46,052 bases of DNA from positions 1 to 46,052 of the IMG/VR virus record IMGVR_UViG_3300032250_000128. One strand, given 5' to 3'. Shown here one piece after another: positions 1-7,068 of this stretch (the stretch's first letter is position 1; each line of letters begins with the position of its first letter). A program made the translations under genes and the position numbers. The notes under the pieces are model-generated. The model made no database searches. It was not told where the DNA came from and saw only the letters and a list, made by a program, of their open reading frames with translations. Source of the stretch: a virus (taxonomy: Duplodnaviria; Caudoviricetes).

Positions 1-2
1 AT

Positions 3-419
3 GAGACCGAACAAGATCGCAGCAATGAAGCCAAAGTGGCGAACGAAATAAGCCAGTTCTGGGGATGCCATGTAAGAAAGCTGGATCCAACCAACAGCGC
101 GGATTATGCGGTCGAGCACAATGGATCTGTCGTCGCGCTTTTGGAGATTAAGTGCCGCAGGTACTCATTCGATCAGCTTCAAAAACTAGGCGGCCTGTTT
201 ATCAGCAGGCAGAAAATTGATCGCGTCATGGGGGTTTGCGCAGGGGAGGGTCTGTGGTTCACGCTGGCCATCAGCCTCCCCGACGGCATATACGCACTAA
301 GTGCAAAAGAATGGCCTTCTTTTGAAATAGTGCGTGCAGGCAGGATAGATAGAAACGATCCCGCAGACATTGAGCAGTGCTACCTAATCCCAATGAACTA
401 TTTCGAGGCCATCATATGA
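3..419 (+). CDS. PD-(D/E)XK-like phage nuclease, 5'-truncated by the window edge
   Basis: The frame is open from base 3 (ETEQDRSNEAKVANEI...). ADYA...LLEIKCR fits a D...E-x-K nuclease motif. The stop overlaps the helicase ATG (ATGA, 416-419). Confidence 0.6.
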   Translation, partial: ETEQDRSNEAKVANEISQFWGCHVRKLDPTNSADYAVEHNGSVVALLEIKCRRYSFDQLQKLGGLFISRQKIDRVMGVCAGEGLWFTLAISLPDGIYALSAKEWPSFEIVRAGRIDRNDPADIEQCYLIPMNYFEAII

Positions 420-2029
420 ATCTCCGCGGTTATCAGCAGCGCGTCATAGACGAACTCTACGCTTGGTTTGAGGCCGGCAACGGGGGCAACCCGTGCCTCG
501 TGCTTCCGACTGGCGCAGGCAAGAGCCACATCATCGCCGCTCTGTGCAAGGGGGCTCTCCAGACATATCCCGAGACGCGCATCTTGATGTTGACGCACGT
601 CAAGGAGCTAATCGAGCAGAACTCCGAAAAGATGCTCCAGCACTGGCCCGGCGCTCCGCTGGGCGTGTTCTCGGCGAGCCTGCGTCGCAAGAATCTGGAG
701 GAGCCGATCACCTTCGCGGGCATCCAGTCCATTCGTGATCGGGCATCTGAGATTGGCCACATCGATCTGGTGATCATCGATGAATGCCATCTCGTGTCCC
801 ACAAGAACGAGGGCGGCTACCGCAAACTGATCCGGGAACTGACCGCCATCAACCCCCGCCTGCGCGTCGTGGGGCTCACCGCCACGCCGTACCGGCTGGG
901 CCACGGGCTCATTACCGACGAGCCTGCGCTGTTCCACGCCCTGCTGGACTCGGTCAGCATCGAGGAGCTGATCTACAAGGGCTTCCTCGCCAAGCTGCGA
1001 AGCAAGACCACCGAGAACAAGCTGGACGTGTCCAAGGTTCATCAGCGCGGCGGCGAGTTTATCGAGAGTGAGTTGCAGGCCGCCGTGGACAACAAGCTCA
1101 CCAACGAGGCCGTGGTGCGCGAGGTCATCGAGCGCGCCGGCGACCGCAAGGCGTGGCTTTTCTTCTGCACCGGCGTCAAGCACGCCAACAATATGGCGGA
1201 GATACTTCGTGACTGCGGCATTGAGGCCGAGTGCGTGACCGGCAAGACGCCCAAGGCGGAGCGCGAGCAGATCCTGAACGACTTCAAGGCCGGCAAGATC
1301 CAAGCGCTCACGAACGCCAACGTCCTGACGACCGGCTTTGACTACCCGGACATCGATCTCATAGCCATGGTGCGCCCCACCATGAGCCCCAGCCTGTACG
1401 TGCAGATGGCGGGCCGTGGCATGCGACCAAAGTCGCACACGGACCACTGCCTCATTCTCGACTTTGCGGGCGTCGTTGAGACGCATGGCCCCATCACCGC
1501 CGTCAGGCCACCCAAGAAGAAGGGGGAGGCGTCTGGTGAGCCTCCTGTGAAGGTCTGCGAGGAGTGCGGCGAGCTTTGCCACCCCAGCGCAAAGGTCTGC
1601 CCGTCGTGCGGCACGCCATTCCCGGCCCCGCCGCCGAAGAAGTGGAAGCTGTCCGACATCGACATCATGGGGGTTGAGGGATCGGTCCTGAATGTGTCAG
1701 CGTGGCGCTGGCGCACGCACACCAGTCGGGCGAGCGGCAAGGAGATGATCGCGGTGACGTATTACGGAGCGCTGTCGGATCCACCAGTGACGGAGTACCT
1801 CACAATCGGGTACGATGGGTATCCGGGAGACAAGGCGGCGAGGCAGTTGCGCTCTTTGGCTGTAGCCGCAGGCGTGACGCGGGTCGCGCTTTCTCCATCC
1901 TTACAGCCTCTTGACTCCATCGCCACGGAAATGAATGCTGGCCGGCCACCAAAGCAGATTGAATACCGCCTCGATGGAAAGTATTTTCGCGTGATTAAGA
2001 GGGAGTGGAATGTCGCAGAAACCGTCTGA
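416..2029 (+). CDS. Superfamily 2 (DExH, RadD/YejH-like) DNA helicase with C-terminal Zn finger
   Basis: Walker A LPTGAGKS, DECH, motif III TAT, motif VI QMAGRGMR, CEECG...CPSCG. Start placed at the ATGA overlap. Confidence 0.93.
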   Translation: MNLRGYQQRVIDELYAWFEAGNGGNPCLVLPTGAGKSHIIAALCKGALQTYPETRILMLTHVKELIEQNSEKMLQHWPGAPLGVFSASLRRKNLEEPITFAGIQSIRDRASEIGHIDLVIIDECHLVSHKNEGGYRKLIRELTAINPRLRVVGLTATPYRLGHGLITDEPALFHALLDSVSIEELIYKGFLAKLRSKTTENKLDVSKVHQRGGEFIESELQAAVDNKLTNEAVVREVIERAGDRKAWLFFCTGVKHANNMAEILRDCGIEAECVTGKTPKAEREQILNDFKAGKIQALTNANVLTTGFDYPDIDLIAMVRPTMSPSLYVQMAGRGMRPKSHTDHCLILDFAGVVETHGPITAVRPPKKKGEASGEPPVKVCEECGELCHPSAKVCPSCGTPFPAPPPKKWKLSDIDIMGVEGSVLNVSAWRWRTHTSRASGKEMIAVTYYGALSDPPVTEYLTIGYDGYPGDKAARQLRSLAVAAGVTRVALSPSLQPLDSIATEMNAGRPPKQIEYRLDGKYFRVIKREWNVAETV

Positions 2030-2207
2030 GCCCGACTTCGTCGTCGCGTGGCGCGAGTGGACCCAAAAGGGTCCGCCGCGCTGCTGCCACACATGCGAGA
2101 ACTACAGCCTGAAGGGCGAGTGCATCGTGTTTAACATGACGCCACCGCCTGAATTTGCTGCAACAACAGACGCCTGCGAGAAGTGGACGCAGGAGCTTCC
2201 GTTTTGA
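2010..2207 (+). CDS. Small Cys-rich hypothetical protein
   Basis: 65 aa, CCHTC...C...C. GGAG lies upstream and the ORF is packed between helicase and MTase. Confidence 0.7.
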   Translation: MSQKPSEPDFVVAWREWTQKGPPRCCHTCENYSLKGECIVFNMTPPPEFAATTDACEKWTQELPF

Positions 2208-2782
2208 GGAAGGCTTCCTTTGGCCAATACGGCGCGCGAGAAAACGAACGAGAGGCGGAGGATTTTTACCGTTCTCCGCCGGAAGCTGTTTATTGCCTTA
2301 CCGACCTAACGGACCTCGCAATAAATGAACCGATCCTTGATGCAGGCGCTGGCGATGGTGTTTTGATAGATGGGCTCAAGGAGCGCGGTTATCAGGTTTG
2401 TGGCATCGAGCTTTCAATAAACCGAGCGGAGCACTCGGATGTGGCGCGCGGAATTGATTTCCTGACCTTTAAGCCAAAGGTCCAGTATCGCTCGATCGTC
2501 ATGAACCCGCCGTTCAAAGATTCCGACGCATTCATTCGCCATGCGCTAAGTCTTCTTCCCGAGCGCGGTCGCGTGTATGCGCTTCTGCGTCATACATGGC
2601 CCTGCGCCAAAAAGCGCGCGGACCTCCTTCCGTTACTACGAGAGATCATCATATGTGGGCGGTTAAAGATGCTTCCCGCCGGCAAACAGGATCTTGATAA
2701 GGGCCACAGTGGAACGGTCGATTTTTCGTGGTTTGTTTTTGAGCGCGGTTGGCGCGGCGGAACGAGGATATTCCGGGCATGA
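2204..2782 (+). CDS. N6-adenine (or N4-cytosine) DNA methyltransferase
   Basis: SAM-binding LDAGAGDG and catalytic NPPF. TTG start chosen from AGGAG at 2191-2195 and the TTGA overlap. Confidence 0.88.
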   Translation: MRKASFGQYGARENEREAEDFYRSPPEAVYCLTDLTDLAINEPILDAGAGDGVLIDGLKERGYQVCGIELSINRAEHSDVARGIDFLTFKPKVQYRSIVMNPPFKDSDAFIRHALSLLPERGRVYALLRHTWPCAKKRADLLPLLREIIICGRLKMLPAGKQDLDKGHSGTVDFSWFVFERGWRGGTRIFRA

Positions 2783-3102
2783 GCGAACACCTTGAGCAGC
2801 GTGAGTTCGTCTCGTGGTTTCGCAAGAACCACCCCGGCGTGCGGATCTTCGCCATCCCCAATGGCGGAGCCCGCTCACCGGCCACAGCCGCCCGCTTGAA
2901 GGCGGAGGGCGCAACAGCCGGCGTGCCGGACCTGCTCATCCCGGCGTGGATGGTGTGGATTGAGATGAAGCGCGTAGACGGCGGCACGCTGAGCCAGAAA
3001 CAAAAAGACTGGCGAGAGTACCTGATCTCAATCGGCCACACGGTGATCGTCGCGCACGGGCAGGAAGACGCGAAGGCTCAGTTAACGTCCCTGCGCCGCT
3101 GA
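2779..3102 (+). CDS. VRR-NUC domain nuclease
   Basis: E-x-x-E-Q, FAIPNGG, GVPDL, IEMK and Q-x-x-W pattern. ATGA overlap with the MTase. Confidence 0.9.
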   Translation: MSEHLEQREFVSWFRKNHPGVRIFAIPNGGARSPATAARLKAEGATAGVPDLLIPAWMVWIEMKRVDGGTLSQKQKDWREYLISIGHTVIVAHGQEDAKAQLTSLRR

Positions 3103-3275
3103 TTGTCCATCTTGTGGTACTGGTCCCAGCGGATCCGCCCGTCTGACTTCAGAACAATCGGCAGTCGCCACTTGTAGGGTACTTGCCCGCGCTGCCGCCA
3201 CTTGGCGGTGGCGTACTTCGTCACCCCAAGCTCATGAGCGATCTGCTCGATTAAGTCCCAGTTCACAACAGGCAT
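3078..3275 (-). CDS. Cro-like helix-turn-helix regulator
   Basis: 65 aa, IAHELGVTKYATAKWRQRGQVP resembles a Cro/CI HTH. It has its own promoter-like elements upstream. Confidence 0.7.
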   Translation of the reverse strand: MPVVNWDLIEQIAHELGVTKYATAKWRQRGQVPYKWRLPIVLKSDGRIRWDQYHKMDNQRRRDVN

Positions 3276-3297
3276 GCGTCACCCCTTATCTGACGGG

Positions 3298-3374
3298 AAA
3301 CTAAGACAAATTGTCTGTGTGGTCAATTGCGAGACAATTTGTCCTTGACGCCCTCGCCGACCTGCGAGTATGTT
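3298..3374. promoter_or_regulatory. Divergent sigma70-like promoters with two palindromic operators
   Basis: Leftward: TTGACC (3326-3321)-17 bp-TAGTTT (3303-3298). Rightward: TTGACG (3345-3350)-18 bp-TATGTT (3369-3374). GACAAwTTGTC palindromes at 3305-3315 and 3333-3343. Confidence 0.7.
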
Positions 3375-3402
3375 TGTGTCGTCGTCGAGTTAAGGAGATG
3401 AA

Positions 3403-3657
3403 ATGAAGTTTCTTCTGACAATGCACATGCCGTCAAACCAAGGTAAGCCAGTCCATCAGATCACATGCGAGATGAATGCGATCACCTCAATTGATGCACT
3501 ATACCATTTCGTGCAAAAGCACGACTTCATCATGGTGAATGAATACTACTATGATGCAGAGGATCGTTTTCAGTCTGCTGGAAAGTACAAGTTTCGCGGC
3601 ACTAGCATCATAAATTGTTCTTTCATCGGCAAGATCCGCGTGCTTGAGGAGAGATAA
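3403..3657 (+). CDS. Hypothetical phage protein
   Basis: 84 aa ORF with a strong AAGGAG RBS. Confidence 0.75.
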   Translation: MKFLLTMHMPSNQGKPVHQITCEMNAITSIDALYHFVQKHDFIMVNEYYYDAEDRFQSAGKYKFRGTSIINCSFIGKIRVLEER

Positions 3658-3658
3658 A

Positions 3659-3970
3659 ATGGATCCGCAGAATACACTGAAAGAATGCGCATATTTGATT
3701 GATGAACGCGGCGAAGACTATGGCGGGATTGAGGACAACTTCACCAAGATCGCCACCATCGCTTCGCTGGCGACCGGGCGCATGGTCACGGCATACGATG
3801 TCGCCATGATCCTTGCGGCTACAAAGCTCGCGCGCATGTCCGGCATCCGGGACAAGCGCGACAACTATCTGGACGCCATCAACTACTTAGCTTTTGCATC
3901 GGAGATGAGATATGGGGCCGCTGACAGCAATGGATCTTCTACTGTCCCTCCCGATGGAGGGGGCAAGTAA
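3659..3970 (+). CDS. DUF6378-like phage protein
   Basis: RGEDYG..EDNF.KIA, DVAMIL..TKLAR, DNYLDAINY. GAGGAG RBS. Confidence 0.8.
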   Translation: MDPQNTLKECAYLIDERGEDYGGIEDNFTKIATIASLATGRMVTAYDVAMILAATKLARMSGIRDKRDNYLDAINYLAFASEMRYGAADSNGSSTVPPDGGGK

Positions 3971-4142
3971 CGAGCCCTGTCACCTTGCCAATCCCGAGCT
4001 GTGGGAGGCGTGGTGCTCGGTAATGGATCGCCCACACGAGAACCCGACAGATGTCTGGTCTGAGTACGATGTGGCGATCTCAACAGAGGCGATGCTTCGC
4101 CAGTACATTCGCGACCGAGTGATAGGGAAGCGATCTGAATGA
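3912..4142 (+). CDS. Hypothetical protein
   Basis: 76 aa, GGAG upstream, ATGA coupling to the next gene. Confidence 0.55.
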   Translation: MGPLTAMDLLLSLPMEGASNEPCHLANPELWEAWCSVMDRPHENPTDVWSEYDVAISTEAMLRQYIRDRVIGKRSE

Positions 4143-4588
4143 ATGCCCAAGAGTTAATGGCGCACTATGCGGCAGTGAAAAGCCGCATAGCGCCGAGACG
4201 TGCGCCTGTCGTCTCAATCAAGATACCGCCAAAGATTGAAGAAGACCCTCTGGAGAAAGAGAGGCGCAGGATTGCGCTTCTGGCCTACGGCATGCCAGCC
4301 GTAGCGTCTGACGTGAGATCCTCAATCGTTTCGATGTTGTTGGCGTACAATGTTTCTTGGTTAGCCGTAATAGGCAAGGGGCGCCGACATCGCATCTGCA
4401 TGTGCAGGAGAGCGATAACTTGGGTTCTGTACCTGCGGGGCTGGTCGCACCCGAAGATCGGCAAGCTGATGCAGTGCGACCACTCCAGCTCTGTGTATGC
4501 GGTCCATAAGGCCAACTCGTGGGCGCACGCTAACAACAAAAAGCTACAAGGAAAAATTCGGCATGATCCTAGTTCCAAGAATACTTAG
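4139..4588 (+). CDS. DnaA C-terminal-like HTH DNA-binding protein
   Basis: RRAITWVLYLRGWSHPKIGKLMQCDHSSSVYA matches the S.P.IG....DH(S/T)(T/S)V..A pattern of DnaA domain IV. Confidence 0.75.
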   Translation: MNAQELMAHYAAVKSRIAPRRAPVVSIKIPPKIEEDPLEKERRRIALLAYGMPAVASDVRSSIVSMLLAYNVSWLAVIGKGRRHRICMCRRAITWVLYLRGWSHPKIGKLMQCDHSSSVYAVHKANSWAHANNKKLQGKIRHDPSSKNT

Positions 4589-5024
4589 AGAGGCAGGCAT
4601 TATTGATCCGTTCTCAGAGAGGGCGGTGGCGAATGGCATGACATACGGCCTCGGACCCGCAGGGTATGACGTGAGGATAGCGGAGCGCATTTTGCTGAAG
4701 CCGGGGGCTTTTGCACTGGCGTCAACAATGGAACGCTTCACCATGCACGACGATGTTATCGGCTTCGTCCACGACAAATCGACGTGGGCGCGCCAAGGTC
4801 TTGCCGTGCAGAACACCGTGATCGAGCCCGGATGGCAGGGGTGGTTAACATTAGAGTTAACTAACCACGGCTACAGCGAGATCATGATCGAGTCTGGATC
4901 ACCTATCGCTCAGGTGATCTTCCACCTTCTGTCTGAACCGACAGAGCTGCCCTACAGGGGCAAATACCAGAACCAGCAACGTGGCGCACAAACAGCGAGG
5001 TTTGAAGATGGCGAAAATTGCTAA
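4563..5024 (+). CDS. dcd: dCTP deaminase
   Basis: GPAGYDVRI, DKSTWARQG, VIEPGWQGWLTLELTN, PIAQ, YRGKYQNQ. Confidence 0.9.
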   Translation: MILVPRILREAGIIDPFSERAVANGMTYGLGPAGYDVRIAERILLKPGAFALASTMERFTMHDDVIGFVHDKSTWARQGLAVQNTVIEPGWQGWLTLELTNHGYSEIMIESGSPIAQVIFHLLSEPTELPYRGKYQNQQRGAQTARFEDGENC

Positions 5025-5199
5025 ACTTGGTCGCCCAAAAAGGAGCGTCGGTAACCCAAAAATCGTATCAATATCCAAGGAAAACGCCGATAGGCTTGAT
5101 GTGATCCGAAAGAACGTCAAGGAATCGATGGGGCTTGATCTTTCGTACAACTCCGCGTTGACTATAGCGTTGCGGGTGTTTGAGTCCAAACAGAAGTGA
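5008..5199 (+). CDS. Small hypothetical DNA-binding protein (possibly ribbon-helix-helix)
   Basis: Basic GRPK N-terminus followed by a strand-helix-helix-like pattern. Coupled to its neighbours. Confidence 0.55.
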   Translation: MAKIAKLGRPKRSVGNPKIVSISKENADRLDVIRKNVKESMGLDLSYNSALTIALRVFESKQK

Positions 5200-5384
5200 G
5201 GATACCGTGCATCGGCGTTTGCAGGCTAGGCTCTGCAAACGTCTGTATCGGGTGCAGACGAGCTATTGCGGGAAGGAGCAAGCATGAAGCCAGTCTCCCT
5301 ACGCCAGCACCGGGGCAACTACAGCCCGGAGAAGAGACGCCAGAAGGCAATCGCTGGCGCGGCGAAGAGCAAGATCCTAAATGA
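5196..5384 (+). CDS. DUF1289-like Cys-motif fragment (possibly degenerate)
   Basis: PCIGVCRLGSANVCIGCRR at the N-terminus, then unrelated sequence overlapping the next gene. Confidence 0.4.
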   Translation: MRIPCIGVCRLGSANVCIGCRRAIAGRSKHEASLPTPAPGQLQPGEETPEGNRWRGEEQDPK

Positions 5385-5457
5385 ATTTAAGCCAGTGACG
5401 CTGGCTGAAGTGAAGTCTCTAACTCTGGAAGAGATAGAGAAAAAGTACGGCAAGTGA
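5284..5457 (+). CDS. Small basic hypothetical protein
   Basis: AAGGAG RBS before ATG 5284, 57 aa. Confidence 0.6.
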   Translation: MKPVSLRQHRGNYSPEKRRQKAIAGAAKSKILNEFKPVTLAEVKSLTLEEIEKKYGK

Positions 5458-5522
5458 GAAAGCATTTTTCGTCAACCGCAGTGCCTATGGAGTGAATGGT
5501 CCTGCCAGCAACAGGAGTTAGC

Positions 5523-6068
5523 ATGCGAGCGCTTATCGTGATTGTGGCCCTCTTGGCGTCTTCAGCGCCAGCATTTGCAGAAATGTCCTCTGCCGAGTTC
5601 TTTGCGCGTGATAGGTCGGGAAGCTGGAGTGAAAAGCACACTCAGCCCGCACCATCAGCCCCCGCAGTGCGGGGAGACGTGCAGAAGATCGTCGCTCGGC
5701 AGGCGGCGCAAAAGCTAGGTCCGCAATGGGTGGATGCCGCGCTTCGCATCGCCAAACTGGAGAGCGGGTTTAATTGCCGCGCCACCGGTCCATCCACCCG
5801 CCATGGACGCGCGAGGGGCGTAATGCAAGTCATGCCGGGATCCGCGAGAGGGCTTGGATACAACCCCGCTAGGCTCCACGAGTGCGAGTATGGCGTGGCC
5901 GCCGGGATCGCGCATATGAATTTGTGCATCAAGCACGGCGTTCGCACGACACAGGAAATGGCTCGGTGCCATGTGGCGGGCGTCGGCGGATGGAACAAGA
6001 AACTCAATCGCAACGCCGAGCGGTATAAGCAGCGTTATGCGGCTATGATTACAGCGAGAAGGATGTAA
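5523..6068 (+). CDS. Secreted lytic transglycosylase (SLT domain)
   Basis: Signal peptide ending AFA. IAKLESGFN (catalytic Glu) and ARGVMQVMP. AGGAG RBS. Confidence 0.88.
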   Translation: MRALIVIVALLASSAPAFAEMSSAEFFARDRSGSWSEKHTQPAPSAPAVRGDVQKIVARQAAQKLGPQWVDAALRIAKLESGFNCRATGPSTRHGRARGVMQVMPGSARGLGYNPARLHECEYGVAAGIAHMNLCIKHGVRTTQEMARCHVAGVGGWNKKLNRNAERYKQRYAAMITARRM

Positions 6069-6175
6069 ACTCGCAGGTCTTCGGCGCGAGCCGAAGGGCA
6101 TCGAGATGTTCTCGGTGCCTTATTCGCAGGCGCTAATCAGCCTCCTCTGATTAACCCTGTCTGTGTCCCTGACTT

Positions 6176-6204
6176 GACCCCCGGCTTGTCACCGGGGGTC
6201 TTTT
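6176..6204 (+). terminator. Rho-independent terminator between the convergent gene blocks
   Basis: GACCCCCGG-7 nt-CCGGGGGTC followed by TTTT. Confidence 0.8.
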
Positions 6205-6206
6205 CA

Positions 6207-7058
6207 TTAGTAAGCGCCACGCATGATGTACGCGAGAGCGTAATACGGGGGCAGGTTAGCGTTCGTCCCTGACGAGCCAGTCGGGGAGTTAGAAACAGAG
6301 ATGCCCGTCCCGCTTCCACCGGTGGTGTTGCCGCTAATAGATCCACGCGCTTCGCTGCTTCCAGACCCAGTTGGATGCGGCTGGGTTGTCACAAGTGCCG
6401 AGTATGAGTGTGCGTGGCCCGGGTCGTTGACCGTAGCCGTATGCGTATGCGAGACGACGATGGCGTCCCTCGAACCACCAGTCGCGGCCACGGCGTAAGA
6501 CGACCCCGCCCCAACGATGAACCGATCTCGTAGATCCGGCGTACCGTTACCTCCATCGCACAAAAACCATCCTGTCGGGATAGTGGCGATTGACCCCGAC
6601 CACATAATGATTCCGCCGACTGGGAAAGAGGGTTGCGCTGTCTTTGAGAGAGACACATTTATTCCGTCAGAATAAATGGTGTCTGTGCTCCCCTGTGGGA
6701 TCAGAACTGACGTTCCACCACCAGAGACCGGCGAAATCGTGACCGTGAAGCTGCCCGTAGTCGAGTTGCGAATGATCCACTGGCCGGCGACAATGCCTGT
6801 CGCGGCAGTGTTGACTGGCAACGTAAAGATCGCATTGGAAGCGAGCGTGCCCGAGATCACGATGACGAGGTTCTGAGTCTCGGTGATAGTCAGGTTCGTC
6901 GTGCCGCCAGTCGTGGACTTCGACAGGACGCCACCGAACGCTCGATCAATGATGTCCCAATCGGCGTTGATCGGACCCGACCAGCCTGTCGGGTTGGCGG
7001 CGTAGTCGTTGTAGCCGGGCTTTTCGATGTTCTTGTTAGTGGTGAATGAACTGGCCAT
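6207..7058 (-). CDS. Tail fibre/baseplate-type protein with a phage tail-collar-like domain
   Basis: PVGGIIMWSG...IPTGWFLCDG.NGTPDLRDRFIVGAG, H-x-H motifs, C-terminal NLPPYYALAYIMR. Confidence 0.8.
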   Translation of the reverse strand: MASSFTTNKNIEKPGYNDYAANPTGWSGPINADWDIIDRAFGGVLSKSTTGGTTNLTITETQNLVIVISGTLASNAIFTLPVNTAATGIVAGQWIIRNSTTGSFTVTISPVSGGGTSVLIPQGSTDTIYSDGINVSLSKTAQPSFPVGGIIMWSGSIATIPTGWFLCDGGNGTPDLRDRFIVGAGSSYAVAATGGSRDAIVVSHTHTATVNDPGHAHSYSALVTTQPHPTGSGSSEARGSISGNTTGGSGTGISVSNSPTGSSGTNANLPPYYALAYIMRGAY

Positions 7059-7068
7059 TTAAGCCCCC

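Noticed and set aside
377-415. Longer ORF-track starts (e.g. 377, 2183, 2749, 4497, 5496, 33002, 35018)
   Set aside because: Downstream starts with an RBS or stop/start overlap are better supported.
608-1582. 324-aa antisense ORF over the helicase, and similar long shadow ORFs (12419-13483, 15487-16359, 26744-27679, 29339-30160, 37175-38173, 39767-41212)
   Set aside because: They mirror well-supported genes on the opposite strand and have no motifs. Expected in high-GC coding DNA.
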